Of a stretch of DNA of 34,714 nt, positions 1 through 7,461 are shown piece by piece. The first letter of the stretch is position 1. Every line of letters starts with the position of its first letter. The notes under the pieces are model-generated. The model saw nothing but the letters and a program-made list of their open reading frames with translations. It was not told where the DNA came from and searched no databases. This DNA is from a virus: positions 78,281-112,994 of IMG/VR virus record IMGVR_UViG_3300001846_000239; one strand, written 5' to 3'. Both the position numbers and the translations under genes were made by a program.

Positions 1-2
1 AG

Positions 3-371
3 GAATATGGAGATACCTTTGTACATATAAATGTTACAGGCGATGATAATACTATTCTCATGACACAAAGAACAAATAGTAGCTCCTCAGGTCATGAATA
101 TTGGCTACACCTCGAAGGAGACGATAATGATGTATATACTGTTCAAAGAGAAGGTGGAAGTCAATACATTAATTTAGATATTTACACCGATGGTAATGAT
201 GTTGACCTTATTCAAAAGAATGATGGTGATCATTACATGAGCGTTATATTAAGAGGAACAGAACCAACAGATATTGATGTTACTCAAAACAGCATTAATA
301 ATCAATCTTATAGTATTACGAATTATTGTTATACGGTTGGAGGTTGTGTTGTGTCGGTAACTCAACAATGA
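3..371 (+). CDS. Curlin-like (CsgA/CsgB-type) beta-solenoid repeat protein, C-terminal part; 5' truncated by the window edge
   Basis: The frame is open from base 3 (EYGDTFVHINVTGDDNTILMTQ...). It has ~23-aa repeats of the form x-[GD]-x-N-x-[VI]-x-x-x-Q (TGDDNTILMTQ, EGDDNDVYTVQ, TDGNDVDLIQ, PTDIDVTQ). The TGA stop overlaps the next ATG. Confidence 0.6.
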   Translation, partial: EYGDTFVHINVTGDDNTILMTQRTNSSSSGHEYWLHLEGDDNDVYTVQREGGSQYINLDIYTDGNDVDLIQKNDGDHYMSVILRGTEPTDIDVTQNSINNQSYSITNYCYTVGGCVVSVTQQ

Positions 372-2203
372 AATATATAACGTCAATATGGGCAACACTA
401 TTATTTGGCGTTGCTCTTATCGGACTTAGGGTTATAGATCCTCCAATGGTAGAGCAACTCAGGCTCAATACCTTTGATTCATATATTCGTAGCATTCCTT
501 CAAAGGAATCAAATATAGTATTATTGAATATTTCTGAAGATTCACTTGCTACACTCGGCCAATATCCATTTCCAAGACAAACTTATGCTCAAATGATATC
601 TGATCTCAGGAATGCGAACGCTGGTATTATTGGCTTTACTATTATGTTTCCAGAAGCTGATAGATTCGGTGGAGATGAAGTGTTTGCTTCATGGGTAAAA
701 GATAATGGTATCATATTGGCACAAGATGCGGATGAGGATGGTAGATCTACTTCAGCTCCTTATGTTGGTACAGCGGTATTTGGAACAGGAGATCCTTTAA
801 CCTATACAATCCGATATAAAGGTTTAGTCACTAATATACCACAAATAGAAGAAGGTGCGTGGGGACACGGTCTTATTAATGGTATGCCAGAAGTAGACGG
901 ATTAGTCAGAAGAATCCCGCTCATATCACAAATCAATGGACAACTATATCCATCATTTGCTTTAGAAACTATAAGAGTACTTAATGAAAAAATATCTTAT
1001 ACGGTAAAAGTGAATGAAGTCGGAATCGAAGAAATAATACTTAGACCATTTAGAATACCAACTGATGCCAATGGTTCTATGTGGATTAATCCGAATTACA
1101 CTTTTAAGGAAATAGACTACGTGTCCAATGAGTCACTACCCGATCTTCAGGGTGCAACTGTATTGGTGGGTCTGACGGCCAAAGGTCTAGCTGCACAGAT
1201 TGCAACGCCTGCTGGGATGAGGTCTGCGCATCATCTACAAGCCTCTGTAATTCAGACCTTAATGGAGCAAGAAACTCTTCGTCGTCCCGTGTGGGCGGAT
1301 CTTCTTGAGATTGTGGGAATGGTAGTTGGAGCTGTACTTCTTGTTTGTGCAGTTTATTATCTGCCAATTTGGATTTCATTTTCTATATTCTTCGCTATTG
1401 TTGGATTAAATAGTTATGGAGTCTATTACTTGTGGGACAAATCACAGATACTCCTCGACCTTAGCTATTCACTAATATTATATATACTTTTACTAACTTC
1501 AGCAAGCTTTAATAATTTCTACAAACAGTTCATGCTGAGACAACAGATCAAGAAACAATTCGAAACATATCTTGATCCGAGACAAGTTTATTTATTACAA
1601 AAGAATCCAGACTTATTAAAGCTCGGGGGTGAACGTAAAGAAATGACGTTCCTCTTTATGGATATATGTGGATTCACACCAGTTTCTGAATACTATAAAA
1701 ACAATGATGATCCGGAAGGATTAGTATTACTCATTAATGATTTCTTAGATAATATGACGAAGATCATACTAAAGAATGGTGGAACGATTGACAAATATAT
1801 GGGTGATTGTATTATGGCGTTTTGGAATGCACCAATAGATTGTCCAAATCATGCGGATATGGCAGTTCAAGCAGCAATTGAAATAGAGGAAAAGACGAAT
1901 GAACTTCGAAAAATTTACAAAGAAAGAGGTCTTCCTGACATTAAAGTCGGCACTGGCATTAATACCGGTGATTGCATTGTGGGGAATATGGGAAGCGAAT
2001 CAAGATTTGACTATTCAGTCATTGGAGATGCGGTTAACCTCGCAGCAAGACTTGAGGCTACAGCGGCAAGGGGAGATTATATTGATTGCCCAACCATTAT
2101 CTCAAGTTATACCGCAGATCAGTTAACAAGCGTAAAACCTAGACTGGTAGGTAATATCACGGTAAAGGGTAAAGAAGAACTCATAAAAATTTATTCCTTA
2201 TAA
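368..2203 (+). CDS. CHASE2-domain membrane adenylate cyclase (class III)
   Basis: The ATG at 368 forms an ATGA overlap with the upstream stop. There is an N-terminal TM helix, CHASE2-like motifs (LGQYPFPR, FPEADRFGGD, DGLVRRIPL) and 3 further TM helices. Cyclase motifs are FMDICGFT, DKYMGDCIMAFW and DYSVIGDAVNLAARLE, with the ATP-specifying Lys and Asp. Confidence 0.92.
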   Translation: MKYITSIWATLLFGVALIGLRVIDPPMVEQLRLNTFDSYIRSIPSKESNIVLLNISEDSLATLGQYPFPRQTYAQMISDLRNANAGIIGFTIMFPEADRFGGDEVFASWVKDNGIILAQDADEDGRSTSAPYVGTAVFGTGDPLTYTIRYKGLVTNIPQIEEGAWGHGLINGMPEVDGLVRRIPLISQINGQLYPSFALETIRVLNEKISYTVKVNEVGIEEIILRPFRIPTDANGSMWINPNYTFKEIDYVSNESLPDLQGATVLVGLTAKGLAAQIATPAGMRSAHHLQASVIQTLMEQETLRRPVWADLLEIVGMVVGAVLLVCAVYYLPIWISFSIFFAIVGLNSYGVYYLWDKSQILLDLSYSLILYILLLTSASFNNFYKQFMLRQQIKKQFETYLDPRQVYLLQKNPDLLKLGGERKEMTFLFMDICGFTPVSEYYKNNDDPEGLVLLINDFLDNMTKIILKNGGTIDKYMGDCIMAFWNAPIDCPNHADMAVQAAIEIEEKTNELRKIYKERGLPDIKVGTGINTGDCIVGNMGSESRFDYSVIGDAVNLAARLEATAARGDYIDCPTIISSYTADQLTSVKPRLVGNITVKGKEELIKIYSL

Positions 2204-2218
2204 CAAAAAGTTATAAGC

Positions 2219-2325
2219 TTATAACAAAAAAGTTTAAAAAAAGTGAAAAAAAGTGTGTACAAACCTTAAAAACCGCTGTATAATATGCATATATTAACCA
2301 AATTGATAAGGACTTACATTATGAA
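2219..2325 (+). repeat. Promoter/leader cassette, copy 1
   Basis: Highly similar to 3085-3202: TTATAACAAAAAAGT...AAAAAAAGTGTGTACAAACCTTAAAAAC(C/T)GCTGTATAATAT...TTGATAAGGA...TACATTATGAA. Confidence 0.85.
2256..2284 (+). promoter_or_regulatory. Early (sigma70-type) promoter P1
   Basis: TGTACA (2256-2261), 17 nt, TATAAT (2279-2284), with upstream A-tracts. Resembles the T4 early promoter GTTTAC-N17-TATAAT type. Confidence 0.85.
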
Positions 2326-2674
2326 GACTTTTAACGAAGCAACAAATGAGCTACTAGATTTTATCTCTAGTGATTATGCTAACTGGTACAGTCGTACTGA
2401 ATATTGTGACAGTCGTGACGAAGCAAACGAACGTGGTCAAGAGTTTCGTGAGCAGCTTGAAATTCGCGAAGGTCGTAAATATCTGAAGGTTGTTCGTGTT
2501 GATAATCAACAATCTGTATGGGGTTTTGTCGTGAAAGAAGATGACAAAAAATTCAAGAAAGGTGATATCCTTCTTGCGGCTGGTTTTAATGCACCAGCTC
2601 GAAACAAAGCTCGTGGTAATATCTTCGACGATGCTTTGAATGTTCGTTGGAGTGGTCCAGGATACTTATTTTAA
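2321..2674 (+). CDS. Conserved-looking phage early hypothetical protein (117 aa)
   Basis: The ATG at 2321 follows TAAGGA. The C-terminal motif GDILLAAGFNAPARNKARGNIF...WSGPGYL is one I recognise from marine phage hypotheticals. Confidence 0.75.
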   Translation: MKTFNEATNELLDFISSDYANWYSRTEYCDSRDEANERGQEFREQLEIREGRKYLKVVRVDNQQSVWGFVVKEDDKKFKKGDILLAAGFNAPARNKARGNIFDDALNVRWSGPGYLF

Positions 2675-3090
2675 TGCCAATCATTTTAATCAAAGGTCGA
2701 ATCAAAAACAAAGCAAAGGTCCGGACTTATGTCGAGGACCTTTGCCGCGAACTAAAGATCAATCGAATGTGGTCTAAAGTGATCTTTCTACGATTCCATA
2801 CTTCATTGAAAAATGAAGCTCAAGGATTGTGTTGGGGAGATAAGCGTGAAGGTTATGTCGAGATCGATATAGCACGTAGGTCTGAAGGTAAAGATATTGA
2901 CTATGATACAATCATGCAGACACTTGCTCACGAAATGGTACATGCAAAGCAATATCTTCGTGGTGAACTGAATGGTTGGACTAATTCGTGGAAAGGTAAG
3001 AAACCACGTAATTACAAATATGAGAATGCTCCATGGGAACGTGAGGCATATAAACTTGAAGAAAAGTTATATAAAAAGTGTTGGTTATAA
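2674..3090 (+). CDS. Putative zinc metallopeptidase (HExxH)
   Basis: TAATG overlap with the upstream stop. Motif TLAHEMVHAKQY plus a downstream PWEREAY that could supply the third ligand Glu. Confidence 0.75.
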   Translation: MPIILIKGRIKNKAKVRTYVEDLCRELKINRMWSKVIFLRFHTSLKNEAQGLCWGDKREGYVEIDIARRSEGKDIDYDTIMQTLAHEMVHAKQYLRGELNGWTNSWKGKKPRNYKYENAPWEREAYKLEEKLYKKCWL

Positions 3091-3202
3091 CAAAAAAGTC
3101 TAAAAAAAGCGCATTTTTTTTAAAAAAAGTGTGTACAAACCTTAAAAACTGCTGTATAATATACACATATTAAACAATTTGATAAGGAATCTACATTATG
3201 AA
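3085..3202 (+). repeat. Promoter/leader cassette, copy 2
   Basis: Near-duplicate of 2219-2325. Confidence 0.85.
3132..3160 (+). promoter_or_regulatory. Early promoter P2
   Basis: TGTACA (3132-3137), N17, TATAAT (3155-3160). Confidence 0.85.
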
Positions 3203-3470
3203 AAAATCTATTTTGAATGCAATTAACTCAATCAGTTCAACGGACGAAATGAATGAAGTTATCGAACTAATTAAAATCAAACAAAAGCAGTTGAGGGCTT
3301 TTAAAGCGCAAAGCGTCAAGTCTTCTCTTTTTGTTGGTGCTCAAGTAAAGATCAATAGTAAATCTGGTGTTGAGCATGGTGAAGTGACTAAAATCAACAG
3401 GACTAAAGCTGTCGTGAAGATTAACGGTCAACTTTGGAACTGTCCACTCGGAATGTTGGAGGTAGCGTAA
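3198..3470 (+). CDS. Hypothetical protein (90 aa; helical N-terminus, SH3/KOW-like beta C-terminus)
   Basis: The ATG follows TAAGGA. C-terminal VGAQVKI...GEVTKINRTKAVV pattern. Confidence 0.7.
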   Translation: MKKSILNAINSISSTDEMNEVIELIKIKQKQLRAFKAQSVKSSLFVGAQVKINSKSGVEHGEVTKINRTKAVVKINGQLWNCPLGMLEVA

Positions 3471-3691
3471 TGTTAACTACAAAAGAAAAAGTTCAATCAG
3501 TGTTAGCAGGTCTTGGACTTGCTTTCATCTTGGCTCTCTTCATTAATGCGGTAGAAAACGCAGTGAATATGCCTGATGTTTACGTCAGCTATTCTACTGG
3601 AGAGTGTGTAAAAGTTTTAAACTATGTCGAGGAAGATCAATACTCTTGTGAGAATCTTCCATCAAAATACAATCAAGTTTGGGTAAAATAA
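3470..3691 (+). CDS. Small membrane-anchored hypothetical protein
   Basis: TAATG coupling at 3470 with GGAGG upstream. Hydrophobic stretch VLAGLGLAFILALFINAV and two Cys in the soluble part. Confidence 0.7.
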   Translation: MLTTKEKVQSVLAGLGLAFILALFINAVENAVNMPDVYVSYSTGECVKVLNYVEEDQYSCENLPSKYNQVWVK

Positions 3692-3692
3692 A

Positions 3693-3908
3693 ATGGCAAA
3701 TCAAATCATCGCAGTTCGTACCTCACCTGTAACCGGTAAGGAAAACCAAATGGTAATCAATGCTACGAATGAGGAATTCATCGCGTGGCATGAAGGTGCT
3801 CTTATTCAAGACGCTATGCCAAATGCAACGGTGGATCAGCGTGAGTTTCTGATCTCAGGATGTACTCCTGATTGTTGGAACGCGATGTCTTCATCGTGGG
3901 AAGACTGA
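3693..3908 (+). CDS. Phage hypothetical protein (71 aa)
   Basis: Tightly packed ORF with motif LIQDAMPN...QREFLISGCTP. Confidence 0.7.
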   Translation: MANQIIAVRTSPVTGKENQMVINATNEEFIAWHEGALIQDAMPNATVDQREFLISGCTPDCWNAMSSSWED

Positions 3909-4063
3909 TGGATTACTATGTATGGTGCGTCAGTTGGTATGACAAGAATAACGAACGTCATATTGAATGGAACGTACCAGACCCAGAGTTTTTGAAAAAG
4001 AAGTTAATCAAAGATGGAATCGACGCAGAAACCATCGATATTTATGAGAAGGATGTATCATGA
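3908..4063 (+). CDS. Hypothetical protein (51 aa)
   Basis: TGATG overlap at 3906-3910 and ATGA overlap with the next gene. Confidence 0.6.
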   Translation: MDYYVWCVSWYDKNNERHIEWNVPDPEFLKKKLIKDGIDAETIDIYEKDVS

Positions 4064-4275
4064 AAGGTATGGCATATTGTGACTATATAGCTTATACTCT
4101 CGTTAAACCAGCGATCGGTGCTGATGCCGAATCACTAGATGGTTTAATCGAAAGCGTTAGCGGCGTTAAAATGGACCTTCATAAAGAGGAAGGTTACATG
4201 CTCAGTACAAAAAAGACAATTGAATGTACTGACAAGAACGGTAAAAAATATAAAATTACTATTGAAGAAATTTAA
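4060..4275 (+). CDS. Hypothetical protein (71 aa)
   Basis: ATGA overlap, AAGGA upstream; ends just before promoter P3. Confidence 0.65.
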   Translation: MKGMAYCDYIAYTLVKPAIGADAESLDGLIESVSGVKMDLHKEEGYMLSTKKTIECTDKNGKKYKITIEEI

Positions 4276-4283
4276 AAAAAGTG

Positions 4284-4312
4284 TGTACAACAGTGTAAAA
4301 CTGTGATATAAT
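4284..4312 (+). promoter_or_regulatory. Early promoter P3
   Basis: Preceded by AAAAAAAGTG; TGTACA (4284-4289), N17, TATAAT (4307-4312). Confidence 0.85.
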
Positions 4313-4343
4313 GGTACCCACAAAATGAGAAAAGGAGTATATT

Positions 4344-4613
4344 ATGGATCGTATGGCTATGATCAAAGCAGCCGCTGAAAAACAGCGAGCTCAAAAAGAA
4401 TTTGACGAAACTGTAAAGAAGGTTTACAGTCGTCCAAAAAATGCGTATAGCAAACTAACGGCATCTGTCAAGAAAGCCGCACCTCAAGCACCAGGTAATC
4501 TGGACTGCTTCAAAGAAGAAAATATGTACTATTCAGATCGCGAGACTCAAGACTATCTTGCTGGTTCTTCCTATATGGATACGTACAATGCAATGAAAAA
4601 CGATTGGGATTAA
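4344..4613 (+). CDS. Hypothetical protein (89 aa)
   Basis: Strong RBS AAGGAG upstream; first gene after P3. Confidence 0.7.
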   Translation: MDRMAMIKAAAEKQRAQKEFDETVKKVYSRPKNAYSKLTASVKKAAPQAPGNLDCFKEENMYYSDRETQDYLAGSSYMDTYNAMKNDWD

Positions 4614-4616
4614 GTT

Positions 4617-4835
4617 ATGACACAATATACTGATCAAGTAGCATATCAACAACGTAAAATGCAAGTCGAAGAATGGGCTGGCAAAATCGCCTACATTTTA
4701 GGACAAAATGGCTATGTTGAAAAAGGCTACAATAGTGGATTGGTTACTCGTGAATATCGCGATGGTAGATTCGAAGTGATAGAAGAGTCTAAAGATATCG
4801 CTACATTGTTAACTGAAGCTCCGAGTAATTTATGA
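4617..4835 (+). CDS. Hypothetical protein (72 aa)
   Basis: Packed ORF with an ATGA overlap to the next gene. Confidence 0.65.
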   Translation: MTQYTDQVAYQQRKMQVEEWAGKIAYILGQNGYVEKGYNSGLVTREYRDGRFEVIEESKDIATLLTEAPSNL

Positions 4836-5137
4836 ATTATACAAACTCACTGAGATACGATCAACACGGTCGTAAACGTAAGACAAAGGCTTTATCGACA
4901 AAACGTAAAGTCCAACCGGAATTTAAGCCGCTAAAAGCACCAAAGACTTTTGCGCAACAGCAGATAGATGATCATCGAGAGAAGTATCCATCTGCGCCAC
5001 TGACTAGTACATATAGTCCATCACGCGATGACTCATGGAAAGCAGAGGCCTCAAAGAATTTTACAGTTGCTCCCGCGTATAACAAGGGTGCATACCAAGT
5101 CATACCACGTAAAGACGTGGAACATATAGGAAAATAG
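4832..5137 (+). CDS. Basic phage hypothetical protein (101 aa)
   Basis: K/R-rich N-terminus. The C-terminal APAYNKGAYQVI motif is one I recognise from T4-like phages. Confidence 0.7.
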   Translation: MNYTNSLRYDQHGRKRKTKALSTKRKVQPEFKPLKAPKTFAQQQIDDHREKYPSAPLTSTYSPSRDDSWKAEASKNFTVAPAYNKGAYQVIPRKDVEHIGK

Positions 5138-5139
5138 CA

Positions 5140-5295
5140 ATGTTGGAAGATTTATTAGGAATAGTTATCCTTGTCTTTGTCGGTATTTTTGCTATTGTTG
5201 GTTCAATTGCAGCCGATCAAGAACGACAAATTCGTAGGAAAAATTATAAAGCTGGAACCCATGACTACTATGGGAATAAGATTAAGAATGACTAA
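5140..5295 (+). CDS. Small single-TM protein (51 aa; not in the ORF track)
   Basis: Translates as MLEDLLGIVILVFVGIFAIVGSIAADQERQIRRKNYKAGTHDYYGNKIKND*. It fills the gap between 5137 and 5288, with TAGGA upstream. Confidence 0.65.
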   Translation: MLEDLLGIVILVFVGIFAIVGSIAADQERQIRRKNYKAGTHDYYGNKIKND

Positions 5296-5713
5296 CTTAG
5301 ATGTGTTATTCGAAAGATTAAGAGAGGAGGGTTGGTACTGTGGATGGGCCCACATGTGTTGTTCTAACTGCGCATGGATGGATGTTCCTACCTATCATGA
5401 AGAAGGTCCCTTTAAAGGAGAGGAAGTAGATCTGGATAAGTGTCTGTTTAATCATGAACAAGACTGTGAAGACGAAGATGCTTATGAAGATATGGACGAA
5501 GATGCTTATGAAGAAATGCTCGATGAACAAGATGGAGCATGCTTCATAACTCTGAGTCCTGATCAACTCGGTGAAAGTTGTTTTAATTTTTCACCGAATA
5601 AAACTGGTGTTGCTAATTTGAAAGCAATCCTACCAATAATTGAAGAGTGCGGTTGCACATATAATTGGAATGGAAAAGGCGACACAAGAATATCAATCAA
5701 TTGGGAGAAGTAA
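5288..5713 (+). CDS. Cys-rich acidic hypothetical protein (141 aa)
   Basis: Probable start is the ATG at 5288, overlapping the upstream ORF. Contains a CCSNCAW motif and an acidic DEDAYE repeat. Confidence 0.7.
   Translation: MTNLDVLFERLREEGWYCGWAHMCCSNCAWMDVPTYHEEGPFKGEEVDLDKCLFNHEQDCEDEDAYEDMDEDAYEEMLDEQDGACFITLSPDQLGESCFNFSPNKTGVANLKAILPIIEECGCTYNWNGKGDTRISINWEK
5471..5514 (+). repeat. In-frame tandem duplication, 24-bp period
   Basis: GACGAAGATGCTTATGAAGA occurs at 5471-5490 and 5495-5514. Confidence 0.9.
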
Positions 5714-5714
5714 G

Positions 5715-5939
5715 ATGTCAAATTATATGTTACTCAGTGAGTATTCAGGATCTGACAAATATTCGAATCGTAAAGCAGAAGTTCTACGATGCGTAGAAAA
5801 TAATAACTTTGGCATACGTATGTATATTGAAGGAGAGTCGTTAGGTATTGAATGGTACGAAGGTCATAGTGAAGCTTATGCGGAAAGCGCAGCTGAAAAC
5901 TATGTCGTAGGTATCAAAGATTACGAACGAACTATTTAG
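5715..5939 (+). CDS. Hypothetical protein (74 aa)
   Basis: The ATG at 5715 follows GGAG, immediately after the upstream stop. Confidence 0.7.
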   Translation: MSNYMLLSEYSGSDKYSNRKAEVLRCVENNNFGIRMYIEGESLGIEWYEGHSEAYAESAAENYVVGIKDYERTI

Positions 5940-5944
5940 TTTAT

Positions 5945-5998
5945 GGCGGGGTGCACTTTTATCTACTCCTTATCAATTGAAAAAAAGTGCATCCTGCC
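5945..5998 (+). other. 16-bp RNA hairpin with a 22-nt anti-Shine-Dalgarno loop (possible terminator or regulatory RNA)
   Basis: GGCGGGGTGCACTTTT (5945-5960) pairs with AAAAGTGCATCCTGCC (5983-5998) using two G-U pairs. The loop is ATCTACTCCTTATCAATTGAAA. Confidence 0.7.
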
Positions 5999-6000
5999 TG

Positions 6001-6029
6001 TTTACAAACGTAAAAAATCGTGTTATAAT
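6001..6029 (+). promoter_or_regulatory. Early promoter P4
   Basis: (G)TTTACA (6001-6006), N17, TATAAT (6024-6029); matches the T4 early -35 GTTTAC. Confidence 0.85.
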
Positions 6030-6057
6030 ACACATTATATTATGAAAGGAGTAAACT

Positions 6058-7209
6058 ATGGCAGAAAATAAAGTAAGAACAAAGATGAGGAAAAACAGGG
6101 TAACCCTTGATGATAAGCACATGGGTCCAGAACCTGCATTTTCTCCAGGCGAAACATCCGCTAACGTAGAAAACCGACTATCCATCTGGACAGGCGCGGC
6201 TCATTGGTATAACTATTTCCTAAAAGCAAAAGACTACGTTCCATCTGTTCTTGCGTTTGCCAAAGATGTTTACGGTTATGATAAGGATAAAATCAAAACA
6301 CTCAAAAAGTTAAAAGACTATGATCTTTCACCACTCGGTAAAGTTGCTAAGATACATTACCGTGGTTATGAGTATACTGAACAAGAATTTGAAAGGTTCG
6401 GACTTCAACTCGAAGAGATGTATAAAAAGGCATTAGTCACTGTAGAAGACATCGAAGAGAAAGCCGAAAAGAAACCTGTTATTACGATACAGCAAAGACA
6501 AAAAGCTAAAGTACTTGATACTATTATGGACGACTGGGATGCAGTGGTCGATGGTTGGATCTATGGAGACTTTAAAGTCAAATTTGATGCGTATAAACTG
6601 TTTAAACATTATGATCTAAAAGGTTCAGCTATTAACATGTTCAAAGACATGGTTATGAAAGAATACGAACCTTTGAAAGATGCGTATGAAAAGAAGTGTG
6701 ATCAAGCAGTAGAAGCATTCTCACACGTCAAGAAAACGAATCAGAAAAAGATGTTAGTACTCATGGAAACCATCTTCGAAGATTTAGATAAGTTAAAAGC
6801 TGCTACTAAAGCGGCAAGAGTTCCAAGAGTCAAGAAGCCTAAAGCTTCGGATATACAGGTCAAAAACCTTAAGTTCAAGGTTGAAGATATCGATGCTAAG
6901 TTAGCTTCGATTAATCCTGTGATGATTCCTGGTAAAGAGGTTTTATATGTTTATAATACTAAGACAAGGAAACTTACTCAGTATAAAACAAATTCAACCA
7001 AAGGGTTTGAGGTCAGCGGTACTACCATTAAGAATATCTGTACTAGTAGTAGAACAGCAACACTAAGGAAACCGGATGATATACTTCCATTGATCTTAAA
7101 CAAAACTATTAAACAAATCGACAAGCAAGTATGGGATACTTTGACTACAAAGATCAGTGTGCCGAATGGTAGAATCAATGCCGATTGTATACTACTTAGG
7201 GTATTATGA
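6058..7209 (+). CDS. Conserved T4-like phage hypothetical protein (383 aa)
   Basis: AAGGAG RBS; Lys-rich. C-terminal YNTKTRKL...GFEVSGTTI...TLRKP pattern, with an ATGA overlap into gp33. Confidence 0.8.
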   Translation: MAENKVRTKMRKNRVTLDDKHMGPEPAFSPGETSANVENRLSIWTGAAHWYNYFLKAKDYVPSVLAFAKDVYGYDKDKIKTLKKLKDYDLSPLGKVAKIHYRGYEYTEQEFERFGLQLEEMYKKALVTVEDIEEKAEKKPVITIQQRQKAKVLDTIMDDWDAVVDGWIYGDFKVKFDAYKLFKHYDLKGSAINMFKDMVMKEYEPLKDAYEKKCDQAVEAFSHVKKTNQKKMLVLMETIFEDLDKLKAATKAARVPRVKKPKASDIQVKNLKFKVEDIDAKLASINPVMIPGKEVLYVYNTKTRKLTQYKTNSTKGFEVSGTTIKNICTSSRTATLRKPDDILPLILNKTIKQIDKQVWDTLTTKISVPNGRINADCILLRVL

Positions 7210-7448
7210 GTATAGATATAGAGCAAAAAATCATGACGAGAAAACGGTTCTCCACTGCCGTCGAACAATTAGTGGCAAGAGGAAATATGTCGTACATTGA
7301 TGCAGCAACTTATATTATTGAAGAGAGAGGTATGGACTATAGTAACTTAAAGAAGCTATTGACAGACTCACTTAAAGATAAGATGGAAGCTGAAGCAATG
7401 AGGCTTAATTTAATCAGAGGCAAGAAAGGTAATAAACTACCAATTTAA
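7206..7448 (+). CDS. gp33: Late-transcription coactivator
   Basis: Motifs FSTAVEQLV...SYIDA...LKDKMEAEAMRLNLI; lies near genes 59 and 32. Confidence 0.85.
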   Translation: MSIDIEQKIMTRKRFSTAVEQLVARGNMSYIDAATYIIEERGMDYSNLKKLLTDSLKDKMEAEAMRLNLIRGKKGNKLPI

Positions 7449-7461
7449 TAAGGAAAAATAT

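Noticed and set aside
326-367. ORF-track N-terminal extension of the cyclase (similarly the listed starts at 2285, 2647, 3434, 3872, 5171, 5640 and 7772)
   Set aside because: Downstream ATGs with an SD or stop/start overlap (368, 2321, 2674, 3470, 3908, 5288, 5715, 7829) fit better; the extensions overlap neighbouring genes or promoters.
2219-4312. Repeated early cassettes considered as a CRISPR array or IS ends
   Set aside because: The copies are separated by whole genes and contain -35/-10/RBS elements; there are no uniform spacers and no cas or transposase genes.
4302-4317. TGTGA half-site at P3 as a CRP-cAMP box linked to the cyclase
   Set aside because: The second half-site (TCACA) is absent; the sequence reads TGTGA-TATAAT-GGTAC.
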